Of a stretch of DNA of 58,978 nucleotides, positions 1 to 8,243 are shown in pieces (the stretch's first letter is position 1; the number at the start of each line of letters is the position of its first letter). The stretch is from contig JAPLLK010000064.1 in NCBI GenBank assembly GCA_026387575.1, positions 1 through 58,978 of the forward strand, written 5' to 3'. A program made the translations under genes and the position numbers. The DNA is from Nitrospirota bacterium (GTDB lineage Bacteria; Nitrospirota; Thermodesulfovibrionia; Thermodesulfovibrionales; UBA1546). The notes under the pieces are model-generated. The model did no database searches. It was not told where the DNA came from and worked only from the letters and a program-made list of their open reading frames with translations.

Positions 1-1
1 C

Positions 2-793
2 GTAAAAGAGATAGAAGAAGCGCTTCTCAACGGTGAGGCAGACCTTGCTGTCCACAGCATGAAGGATGTGCCTACTGACTTTCCGAAAGGACTTCATCTC
101 GCTGTTATATGCAAGAGGGAAGACCCAAGGGATGCGTTTATTACAGCAGGGGTTAGTGAAAGGAAAATTAAAAGATTTAAAGACCTGCCAAAAGGTGCGA
201 CCGTTGGCACAAGCAGTCTGAGGCGTTCATGCCAGCTCCTGAGCATAAGGCCTGATTTGAAGATAGAACAACTAAGGGGAAATCTTGACACAAGGCTGAG
301 AAAGCTTGATGAAGGACATTTTGACGCTATCATCCTTGCAGCAGCAGGGGTTAAGAGGCTCGGTTGGGCAGAGAGAATAACAGAGATACTTGAGCCTGAT
401 ATAAGCCTTCCTGCGATTGGACAGGGCGCAATCGGGATTGAATGCAGGATTGACGATGATTTTATCAATAAGCTTATTGCTCCGCTTAATCACAGTGAGA
501 CATCCATCTGTGTCCGCGCTGAAAGGGCATGTCTTAAAAAACTTGAAGGCGGCTGTCAGGTTCCGATTGCAGCACATGCGACACTTAACAACGCCAAGTT
601 GTCAATGGATGGATTAGTCGGTAGCGTAACAGGCGACAGGATTATTAAGAGCCATGTAGAAGGAAATCCCCAAAATGCCGAATCCCTCGGTCTCAAACTC
701 GCGGAAGATTTACTTTCAAAAGGAGCAAAAGAGATTCTTGATGAGGTTTACGGCAAGAACATCAGCCCTGTTAACGGTGAAATAGCAAGCTGA
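2..793 (+). CDS. hemC: Porphobilinogen deaminase (5' end truncated by window edge)
   Basis: Frame is open from base 2 (VKEIEEALLNGEADLAVHSMKD). Motifs REDPRDA, GTSSLRR, RGNLDTRL and LEGGCQVPI (cofactor Cys) are present. Confidence 0.97.
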   Translation, partial: VKEIEEALLNGEADLAVHSMKDVPTDFPKGLHLAVICKREDPRDAFITAGVSERKIKRFKDLPKGATVGTSSLRRSCQLLSIRPDLKIEQLRGNLDTRLRKLDEGHFDAIILAAAGVKRLGWAERITEILEPDISLPAIGQGAIGIECRIDDDFINKLIAPLNHSETSICVRAERACLKKLEGGCQVPIAAHATLNNAKLSMDGLVGSVTGDRIIKSHVEGNPQNAESLGLKLAEDLLSKGAKEILDEVYGKNISPVNGEIAS

Positions 794-794
794 A

Positions 795-2006
795 CTATTT
801 CCCCTCAATCTTCAAAAACTTCCTCTTCCCTGCCTTGAAAAGGTAAGTCCCGGACTTGAGTTTTGCGTCAGGATTGTCGCATTTTTTGTCATCAATTGTA
901 ACACCGCCCTGCTTTATAAGCCTCATTGCCTCGCCTGTGCTTGAGCAGAGACCTGAGAGTTTCATTATCTTCGGAACCCACATCTCATCGTCTTCCCATT
1001 TAAGCTCAAAAACAGGTATCTCATCAGGCATTCCCTTATCCTTAAAAATATGCCCGAATTCTTCTTTGGCTTTCAAGGCATCATCTTTTCCCCAGTATCT
1101 TTCTACAATCTCCAGTGCAAGATTTTCTTTGGCGGTTTTAGGATGGATAGCGCCTTTTTCTATTCCCTTCTTCAGTGCGCTGAGTTCATCAATTGATATA
1201 TGGCTCAGAAGTTCATAGTACCTGAGCATGAGGGTATCGTTTATTGACATTACCTTTCCGAACATATCCTTTGGCTGTTCCGTAATCCCGATGTAATTTC
1301 CAAGGCTCTTTGACATCTTGTTCACGCCGTCCAGTCCCTCAAGCAAAGGCATGAGAACAACAGCCTGCTCTTCAACCCCCATTTTCCTCTGCAAAGTTCT
1401 TCCCATAAGTATATTGAACTTCTGATCTGTGCCTCCAAGTTCAACATCTGCTTTCAGATGTACAGAGTCGTATCCCTGAAACAGAGGATAATAGAATTCA
1501 AGTATTGTTATGTCCTGCTGGCTTTCAAATCTTTTCTTGAAATCCTCTCTTTCAAGCATCCTTGCAACTGTCTGCATTGAGCCAAGTCCGACAATATCCA
1601 TAACGCTCATCTTTGTGAGCCACTCGCTGTTAAATAGCACCTTTGTTTTTTTAGGATCCAATATCTTAAATATCTGCTCTCTGTATGTCCTGGCGTTTTT
1701 TAAAACATCTTCCTTTGTCAGCGGTTTTCTCACCTCTGACCTGCCGGTAGGATCTCCAATCATTCCTGTGAAATCACCGATAATAAATAATATCTCATGC
1801 CCCAGTTCCTGAAACTGTCTCATCTTTTCAAGCAGCACTGTATGGCCGAGATGGATATCAGGAGCAGTTGGGTCAAACCCTGCCTTTATCTTTAAAGGAG
1901 TGTTCTTTTTTACAGACTTCTCAAATTTGGCAAGGAGCTCTTTTTCGCTGATTACTTCAACAGCCCCTCTTTTGATTATCTCAAGTTGTTTCTCAGGTGT
2001 AAGCAT
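795..2006 (-). CDS. tyrS: Tyrosyl-tRNA synthetase
   Basis: [13 protein letters not shown] (HIGH), GGTDQ, KMSKS and a C-terminal S4-like domain. Confidence 0.97.
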   Translation of the reverse strand: MLTPEKQLEIIKRGAVEVISEKELLAKFEKSVKKNTPLKIKAGFDPTAPDIHLGHTVLLEKMRQFQELGHEILFIIGDFTGMIGDPTGRSEVRKPLTKEDVLKNARTYREQIFKILDPKKTKVLFNSEWLTKMSVMDIVGLGSMQTVARMLEREDFKKRFESQQDITILEFYYPLFQGYDSVHLKADVELGGTDQKFNILMGRTLQRKMGVEEQAVVLMPLLEGLDGVNKMSKSLGNYIGITEQPKDMFGKVMSINDTLMLRYYELLSHISIDELSALKKGIEKGAIHPKTAKENLALEIVERYWGKDDALKAKEEFGHIFKDKGMPDEIPVFELKWEDDEMWVPKIMKLSGLCSSTGEAMRLIKQGGVTIDDKKCDNPDAKLKSGTYLFKAGKRKFLKIEGK

Positions 2007-2067
2007 GGGATTTATGATAACCCCTTAAGGTGATTGCAGTCAATTTTTATATCCTGCCCTCATTATC

Positions 2068-2097
2068 TTGACTTTATTCCTACTAAAAAGATATACT
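2068..2097 (+). promoter_or_regulatory. Sigma70-type promoter for rpmH-yidD-yidC
   Basis: TTGACT-N18-TATACT, 20 nt upstream of the rpmH ATG. Confidence 0.55.
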
Positions 2098-2117
2098 TTC
2101 TCCTCTGGAGAAAAATA

Positions 2118-2258
2118 ATGGGAACATATACTACATACCATCCTCACAAGATTAAAAGGAAACGGACACACGGCTTCCTTGAGCGCATGAGTTCAAAGGG
2201 AGGACGCAAGGTCATTCAAAGAAGAAGGGCAAAGGGCCGGAAGAAACTGGCCGTTTAA
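2118..2258 (+). CDS. rpmH: 50S ribosomal protein L34
   Basis: [46 protein letters not shown], with a GGAG RBS before ATG 2118. Confidence 0.96.
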   Translation: MGTYTTYHPHKIKRKRTHGFLERMSSKGGRKVIQRRRAKGRKKLAV

Positions 2259-2345
2259 TCTTTGATTCCTTATCGCAGTCGGGGCTTTACACCTATGAAC
2301 CTTATTAATAATGTGAGCGGCTCTGATGCATACAGTGGAGAGTGC

Positions 2346-2570
2346 ATGGCGGGAGATATAATTAAAATTATTTTATTAGGGGCTATAAAGCTCTATAAAT
2401 ATGCAATCTCGCCATTATTGCCTGACAGTTGCCGGTTTGTGCCTACCTGTTCTGAATATTCGGCAGAGGCAATAGAAAAATACGGCGCTGTAAAGGGCAG
2501 CTACCTCTCATTGAAGAGAATACTAAAATGCCATCCGTTTCATAGCGGCGGCTATGACCATGTAAGGTAA
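2346..2570 (+). CDS. yidD: Membrane protein insertion efficiency factor YidD
   Basis: [22 protein letters not shown]...[14 protein letters not shown], with a GGAG RBS before ATG 2346. Confidence 0.93.
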   Translation: MAGDIIKIILLGAIKLYKYAISPLLPDSCRFVPTCSEYSAEAIEKYGAVKGSYLSLKRILKCHPFHSGGYDHVR

Positions 2571-2578
2571 ACAGAATA

Positions 2579-4168
2579 ATGGGAACAGAAAAAAGAACAT
2601 TAATAGCTATAGTCCTTTCAATAATCATCCTTCTTGGGTATCAGTTTTTATTTCCTCCTCAGCCGCAGAAGCAACCGGCAACCGAACAGGCAAAAGAAGA
2701 AAAGAAAGAAAATAAAGTGCAGGAGACTGTCAAGCCTGTTTCCGTTCCTGCTTCAAAACCAACAGTATCCCCAACAGAAGAAAAAGAAGTCAGGATTGAA
2801 ACAGGCCTTTATTCTGCAACTTTTTCGTCAATAGGCGGAACGATAAAAAAATGGGAATTAAAAAAGTATAAAGATAAAGAAGGGCTGTCTGTGGTCCTTC
2901 AGCAGGGACAGAGCGTTTATCAACCTCTAAGCATGGGGTCCCAGAATAATTTTAATCTTGCAAAGGTAAGTTTTAGAATCTCAGGCAGAGACCTGAACCT
3001 TGATGAAAACACAAACACAGGCGCCATTGTTTTTGAATATGCAACCTCCGAATCTTCCATAAGAAGAACTTACACTTTTTATAATGACAGCTACAAGATT
3101 GACCTTAAGGATGAAGTTGCGGGGTTGCCTGAATACTGGATAACGCCCGGCACTGACTTCGGTATTTATGACAAAAAAGACAAGTCAGCGCATCTCGGCC
3201 CTGTACTACTTAAAGATGCAGAGAAAATAGAGTTTGACGCAAAAAAACTGAGCGAGACTAAAAGCTATCAGGGCAGGCTGAAATGGATTGCTCAGGAGGA
3301 TAAATATTTCTTTTCAGCTATTGTGCCTGTAACTCAGATGGATGAGGCAAAGGCATGGAAAGTTCAGGATGCGTCAGTTATCGCGTTCAAGGGAAAATCC
3401 GGCATTAATAATTTTATCGTTTATGCCGGGCCGAAAGAACACGACACCCTAAAAAAATTAAATGTCGGGCTTGAGCACATCATTGATTTCGGCTTTTTCT
3501 CTATCATATCAAGACCGCTGTTCTGGCTTATGAAATTCTTTCATAACTTCATGGGGAATTACGGATGGGCCATAGTGCTTTTGACAATAGTAACACGAAT
3601 TCCATTTATCCCGCTTCTAAACAAAAGTCAGGCATCAATGAAAAAGATGCAGGAAATCCAGCCCAAAATGGCTGAGATAAAAGAAAAATATAAGAAGGAC
3701 CCGCAGAGGATGCAGAAGGAAACAATGGAGCTTTACAAAAAACACAAGGTAAACCCCCTTGGGGGCTGCCTTCCTATGCTGCTGCAGATTCCTGTATTCT
3801 TTGCGTTATATAAGATATTATCAATCGCTATTGAATTGAGAGGCGCACCGTTCCTGCTCTGGATAACAGACCTCTCAGGCCCGGACACGCTTTTCGGGCA
3901 CATCCCTTCATGGTTCCCTTTGATTGGCGGTTTCGCTGTCGGTCCACTACCGATTGCCATGGGGATTACAATGGTCATCCAGCAGAAAATGACACCTTCA
4001 TCAGCCGACCCTGCCCAGCAGAAGATGATGATGCTCATGCCGATTATATTTACATTCATGTTCCTTAACTTTGCGTCAGGACTCGTACTTTACTGGCTGG
4101 TAAATAACCTGCTTTCAATTGCTCAGCAGTTTCATGTGAACAGAAAACTTGCGAAAGAAAAAGCGTAA
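2579..4168 (+). CDS. yidC: Membrane protein insertase YidC
   Basis: N-terminal TM, large periplasmic domain, GNYGWAIVLLT, GGCLPMLLQIPVF and ASGLVLYW. Confidence 0.97.
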   Translation: MGTEKRTLIAIVLSIIILLGYQFLFPPQPQKQPATEQAKEEKKENKVQETVKPVSVPASKPTVSPTEEKEVRIETGLYSATFSSIGGTIKKWELKKYKDKEGLSVVLQQGQSVYQPLSMGSQNNFNLAKVSFRISGRDLNLDENTNTGAIVFEYATSESSIRRTYTFYNDSYKIDLKDEVAGLPEYWITPGTDFGIYDKKDKSAHLGPVLLKDAEKIEFDAKKLSETKSYQGRLKWIAQEDKYFFSAIVPVTQMDEAKAWKVQDASVIAFKGKSGINNFIVYAGPKEHDTLKKLNVGLEHIIDFGFFSIISRPLFWLMKFFHNFMGNYGWAIVLLTIVTRIPFIPLLNKSQASMKKMQEIQPKMAEIKEKYKKDPQRMQKETMELYKKHKVNPLGGCLPMLLQIPVFFALYKILSIAIELRGAPFLLWITDLSGPDTLFGHIPSWFPLIGGFAVGPLPIAMGITMVIQQKMTPSSADPAQQKMMMLMPIIFTFMFLNFASGLVLYWLVNNLLSIAQQFHVNRKLAKEKA

Positions 4169-4222
4169 TCGCTAAAGCTCACTGGCAGCGTACTCGCCGT
4201 CCAGCGCAGCGTTTTGTTAAAA
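4164..4222 (-). mobile_element. attC site of the toxin-antitoxin cassette (R' box degenerate)
   Basis: Minus strand directly after the toxin stop reads TTTTAAC-AAAACGCTGCGCTGGACGGCGAGTACGCTGCCAGTGAGCTTTAGC-GATTACG, an imperfect palindrome with an AAC inverse core. Confidence 0.7.
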
Positions 4223-4513
4223 TTATTTTAATTGTTTTTTTATCCAGGCAGGATTTCTACGGCAATCAAGAATCGCATAAACCAATGTTTCAGCATCAGA
4301 TAATTTATAATAAATGGCAAACGGAAAACGTTTTGAAAGCATGCGGTGATAACCGAAGTATACGGGATGGATTCCGGCGTAAACTTGCAAGGAATCAATG
4401 TCAGAAAATAGAGAGTCTATAAAATAATTCCCGAGGCCGACTGATTGTTTATCATAAAAATAAAATCCATCGATCAAGTCTTGTGACGCGGATTCAAGAA
4501 TACGAATTTTCAT
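4223..4513 (-). CDS. RelE/ParE-family toxin
   Basis: 96 aa; MKIRILESASQDL...HRMLSKRFPFAIYY...VYAILDCRRNP. Overlaps the upstream small ORF by 4 nt. Confidence 0.85.
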   Translation of the reverse strand: MKIRILESASQDLIDGFYFYDKQSVGLGNYFIDSLFSDIDSLQVYAGIHPVYFGYHRMLSKRFPFAIYYKLSDAETLVYAILDCRRNPAWIKKQLK

Positions 4514-4722
4514 TTGCAGGATTTTCTAATTCTTTCTTTTTCTCCATCCCAAGCATTAAATTTTTCTTTGCCCTTGGCCACAGATTTTTCGCGCTGAGAT
4601 AAAATATCTTTATGCCATGATGGTGAAGCGACTGCATTTGCATGTTTACATAAATCATCCCACAGTAATTCCATAGCCCGAATTTTATCCCTTGTTGTCA
4701 TTTGGTCGAGTTGTAATACCAT
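4510..4722 (-). CDS. Addiction-module antitoxin (TIGR02574-like)
   Basis: 70 aa; MTTRDKIRAMELLWDDL...SPSWHKDILSQRE. Coupled to the downstream ParE-like toxin. Confidence 0.8.
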   Translation of the reverse strand: MVLQLDQMTTRDKIRAMELLWDDLCKHANAVASPSWHKDILSQREKSVAKGKEKFNAWDGEKERIRKSCK

Positions 4723-4837
4723 ATACTTTCACCTCGCATTTTTTTATTAAAGCATATATGTATATTTTTTAATATTTTAGAGTAAAAAGTCAAAGCTCTC
4801 GGCTTTCGATTTCTTAATTTTCTTCATTATAATTTAC

Positions 4838-4927
4838 ACACAACGACCGAAATGAAGCGCAGGGCACAGACCTGAAACTGAAAACTAACAAGCGTTATTC
4901 CCTGTCGCCTCGATTTTATTGTTGTAC
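4838..4927 (-). mobile_element. attC site (90 bp)
   Basis: Minus strand GTACAAC-AATAAAATCGAGGCGACAGGG...CCCTGCGCTTCATTTCGGTC-GTTGTGT: AAC/GTT ends and pairing arms with extra-helical bases. Confidence 0.75.
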
Positions 4928-4980
4928 ACTGTCTTATTTATGTTTTAATGGTTGCTGGCCCTATTTCCCCAGTTGCATGT

Positions 4981-5220
4981 TTACCATGCTGAAAGCAATT
5001 CCCAGCCTTTGCTCAAATAGGAATCCTCAATGGCGTTTTCAGCAAAAAATGGGTAAATAAGCCATGATATTCCAAATGTAATTGCAGCAAGAACCAGAGA
5101 AATTATAAAATGCTTCCATGCGCCATGTTTTGCAAAATAAAGAGGTCCGAATAGAAAAGTCCACAGTGCCGGATGGCTTGTTTCAACTCTATAGTCATTT
5201 ATAGGATTACGAAATGTCAT
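4981..5220 (-). CDS. Small membrane protein (DUF2628-like), gene cassette
   Basis: 79 aa, hydrophobic; WTFLFGPLYF...YLSKGW. GGGAGG RBS; bounded by attC sites. Confidence 0.65.
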   Translation of the reverse strand: MTFRNPINDYRVETSHPALWTFLFGPLYFAKHGAWKHFIISLVLAAITFGISWLIYPFFAENAIEDSYLSKGWELLSAW

Positions 5221-5305
5221 CTTAAAATTCCTCCCTTGCTCTTACAGCATACAACTTGCTGATAGACGACAATGCCGTCTTTTTGTTCATTATTTTTTTA
5301 TATTC

Positions 5306-5369
5306 GTACAACGTGGAGGTTCAGTGGGAGCCGGCTTTTTCGGCGATCCACTGCAGCCGATGGTTAGAA
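5306..5369 (-). mobile_element. attC site (64 bp)
   Basis: Minus strand TTCTAAC-CATCGGCTGCAGTGGATCGCCG-AAAAAG-CCGGCTCCCACTGAACCTCCAC-GTTGTAC, 7 nt after the stop of the upstream gene. Confidence 0.82.
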
Positions 5370-5376
5370 GGTTTCA

Positions 5377-5829
5377 TTATTGTCCTAGAATCATGTTTGG
5401 TATGTTTTTCTTTTGCCACTCTTTGCCTTCATTGGATATATTTGTAATGACTACGCCCCCTTCCGTTACAAGGGTAATTTTGGGCTTAACCTGATCGCGA
5501 AAATCGATGGTGCCAGAAGCCGTTGTTCCATACTGATTTTTCCCTTTGATTTGATGCACGCCCTTAGAAACAATCTGTTTTTCAACGACAAGATAAACTT
5601 GGGCTTGAGTCAGTATTCCTATACCTGCTATGCCTTCAAAAATACTAACGATATCGAGTGACGTGCCAGTATATTCCAAGTGACCAATGATCGGGGGTTT
5701 GTAAGATTTGTTATCTATTTTGAATTCTATGGCTATGTTTGTGCCGTAGCCAGAATCTGGATCACCCGCAAAACATACTGAATGGGCTGCAAAGATTATG
5801 ATGAAGCACAACGAGATTCTCCTAATCAT
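5377..5829 (-). CDS. Hypothetical exported protein, gene cassette
   Basis: Signal peptide MIRRISLCFIIIFAAHSVCFA; AAGGAG RBS; preceded by core site GTTAGAA (5845-5839), which complements its own attC inverse core. Confidence 0.7.
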   Translation of the reverse strand: MIRRISLCFIIIFAAHSVCFAGDPDSGYGTNIAIEFKIDNKSYKPPIIGHLEYTGTSLDIVSIFEGIAGIGILTQAQVYLVVEKQIVSKGVHQIKGKNQYGTTASGTIDFRDQVKPKITLVTEGGVVITNISNEGKEWQKKNIPNMILGQ

Positions 5830-5969
5830 ATTCTCTCCTTCTAACAATTACTATAGGAACCGTCGTATTTTCTGAAAACTGATTAGAATATAGCATACCT
5901 TACAGATTTTCTAAAGAGAAAAAGTTGTATAAAATCAATTATGGGGTAGTTTCACTATTTAAATTATTA

Positions 5970-6110
5970 GGGACACATCCCATATTTTTCTTCTCTGATT
6001 TCTTCGTTGTTTTCCATAAAAAGTTTAACACAAATACTCGCTAAAGTTTCTCTCCATCTTTAAAGAAATCTTCCGATGCAGCTATTTTTAAGAAATATGG
6101 GATGTGTCCC
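5970..6110. repeat. Perfect 18-bp inverted repeat pair (REP/MITE-like)
   Basis: GGGACACATCCCATATTT (5970-5987) and AAATATGGGATGTGTCCC (6093-6110). Confidence 0.8.
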
Positions 6111-6230
6111 CAGTTTTCCCATATTATTGTAGATTATAGAAATCAAAGACGGGATAGGCAAGAAAAAGTATCCATCCTGAAATTATTCCAAAATCCCGGA
6201 TTCATCATCTTCTAAGTTATACTATTAATC

Positions 6231-7613
6231 ATGATTCTTGACGACACCATAGCCGCCGTCTCAACTCCTCCCGGCGAAGGCGGAATCGGCATTGTCAGGC
6301 TCACAGGAAAAGACGCAATAAAAATAGCAGACAGGCTATTTAATTCTTCAAAAGGCAAAACCCTCTTTGATTCAGCTTCGCACAGAATAATCTATGGCTT
6401 TATAAAAGACTCATCCACAGGCGAAACAGTGGATGAGGTGCTGGTCTCAATAATGCGCTCGCCTAATACCTACACCAGAGAGGATATTGTTGAGATAAAC
6501 TGCCACGGCGGGATGTCCCCTCTGAGAAATGTACTTGAACTTGCGGTTAAACATGGCGCACGGCTTGCTGAACCCGGAGAGTTCACAAAAAGGGCCTTTT
6601 TAAACGGAAGGATTGACCTGAGTGAGGCAGAGGCCGTGCTTGACCTCATAAGGGCAAAGACAGATGAGTCGCGAAGAATCGCCCTTGAACAGCTCAGAGG
6701 CAGGCTCTCTGAAAAAATTCTAAATCTCAGAGAGCAGCTTACAAAGATATGCGTCTTCATCGAGGCTTGCATAGATTTTCCGGAAGAGGACATAGAGCTT
6801 GCATCGAAGAAGGAAATCATTGAATCAGCAGAGACAATCCTGAAAGAGCTTGCGTCCCTTCTAAAAAGTTACGATGAAGGCAGATTTTTCAGAGAAGGGC
6901 TTGCAGCGGCAATCGTTGGAAAGCCTAATGTCGGAAAATCTTCTCTCCTAAATGCGCTTCTTCAGAAAGACAGGGCGATTGTCACAGATACCCCCGGCAC
7001 AACAAGGGACACAATTGAAGAATATCTGAATATCAACGGCTTGCCTCTTCGCATAATTGATACAGCAGGGATAAGAGAATCGCATGACATGGCAGAGAAA
7101 GAAGGAATTAAAAGAAGCATCAGGGCAATGGAAGATGCGGATTTAGTCATAGCTGTTATTGACGGCAGTGAGCCTCTGAAAGATGAAGACATTGAGGTGC
7201 TCGGAAAGACAAGAGGCAAAAACACAATAATAGTTATTAATAAATCTGACCTGCTGGTACATGGAAAGACTGCTTCACAGCTTGCGACCTATACCTCCAC
7301 AATATTAGAGGTGTCTGCAACACGCGGAGACGGACTGGAGAAACTGAAAGAAAGCATATTCCGGTCTTCGGTTAAAAATTGGGAAGAGCAGAAGGAAGGT
7401 GTTATCGTTACGAACCTAAGGCATAAGATTGCAATTCAGGCCGCTTATGATTCTCTCAAGGATGCGATTAAGGCAATTGAAACTGACAAGCCGCTTGAGA
7501 TAATTGCAATTGAATTCAGAGATGCGCTTGACAGGCTCGGAGAGATTGTAGGCGCTGTAACAACAGATGATATCCTCAACAGGATATTCAGCGATTTCTG
7601 CATTGGAAAGTAA
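6231..7613 (+). CDS. mnmE: tRNA modification GTPase MnmE/TrmE
   Basis: DTIAAVSTPPGEGGIGIVR, GKPNVGKSS, GTTRD, DTAG, NKSD and C-terminal FCIGK. Confidence 0.98.
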   Translation: MILDDTIAAVSTPPGEGGIGIVRLTGKDAIKIADRLFNSSKGKTLFDSASHRIIYGFIKDSSTGETVDEVLVSIMRSPNTYTREDIVEINCHGGMSPLRNVLELAVKHGARLAEPGEFTKRAFLNGRIDLSEAEAVLDLIRAKTDESRRIALEQLRGRLSEKILNLREQLTKICVFIEACIDFPEEDIELASKKEIIESAETILKELASLLKSYDEGRFFREGLAAAIVGKPNVGKSSLLNALLQKDRAIVTDTPGTTRDTIEEYLNINGLPLRIIDTAGIRESHDMAEKEGIKRSIRAMEDADLVIAVIDGSEPLKDEDIEVLGKTRGKNTIIVINKSDLLVHGKTASQLATYTSTILEVSATRGDGLEKLKESIFRSSVKNWEEQKEGVIVTNLRHKIAIQAAYDSLKDAIKAIETDKPLEIIAIEFRDALDRLGEIVGAVTTDDILNRIFSDFCIGK

Positions 7614-7622
7614 AAGGAAGAA

Positions 7623-8243
7623 TTAACTTTTCACCGCTGCCGACATCTCAGCTTTTTTGATGGAACTTTGAAGGTATTCTTTGAACTTGGAAGACACCAG
7701 CCATTTAATCCCTAATTTCTCAGCCCATTTTATTATCCCCTGGTCTGCTGTTACAAGCAACGCATCAAGCTCCCGTGCAAGCAGAATGAGGTCAACATCC
7801 TCCTTGCTGTCAATAATCCCTTCTCTCAAAGCCTCTCTGTATTTTCTCCTCATGTCCTTAACAATCTCTTCTTCGCCTGCTTTTGAAACACCCCTCACAG
7901 CCTTCTCTGCCACCCTGAGCCCCTTATTAATCCTCTCTCTCATGTCTTCTATCAATTCATAGAGCAGAAATGCAGGGCATGTAAGCTCATGTTTCTTGGG
8001 AGGTTTTTGCTGAAGGACAATGAGCAGGTCTCCTGATATTTTTTCAGGTTCTATGAAATTAAGGAGTTCCTCAAATATGGATGGCGGCATATAGAACTCA
8101 AGGTGAGGAATCTGCGCTGCTAAGAACAGGAAGCTTTCAAGCGCCTCTGTAGGTGTCCTGCCAAGGCTCTCGCGAACCTCCGGATTTACAAAAAGGCTTG
8201 TATCTAAAACTACAGCACTCTTTTTAAATTTTGCCTGCCCCAT
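7623..8243 (-). CDS. RNA-free ribonuclease P (HARP, Aq_880 family PIN-domain nuclease)
   Basis: VLDTSLFVNPEVR, FYMPPSIFEEL, RERINKGLRVAE, RRKYREALREGIIDSKEDVDLILLA and TADQGI match the Aquifex Aq_880/HARP pattern, including the catalytic Asp residues and spike helix. Confidence 0.92.
   Translation of the reverse strand: MGQAKFKKSAVVLDTSLFVNPEVRESLGRTPTEALESFLFLAAQIPHLEFYMPPSIFEELLNFIEPEKISGDLLIVLQQKPPKKHELTCPAFLLYELIEDMRERINKGLRVAEKAVRGVSKAGEEEIVKDMRRKYREALREGIIDSKEDVDLILLARELDALLVTADQGIIKWAEKLGIKWLVSSKFKEYLQSSIKKAEMSAAVKS

Noticed and set aside
2034-2345. Long N-terminal extensions of RpmH and YidD in the ORF track, or an rnpA remnant
   Set aside because: RBS-supported ATGs lie at 2118 and 2346, and the gap shows no RnpA RNR motif.
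7623-8243. PIN-domain protein as a VapC toxin
   Set aside because: It is too long, has no antitoxin partner and carries HARP-specific spike-helix motifs.
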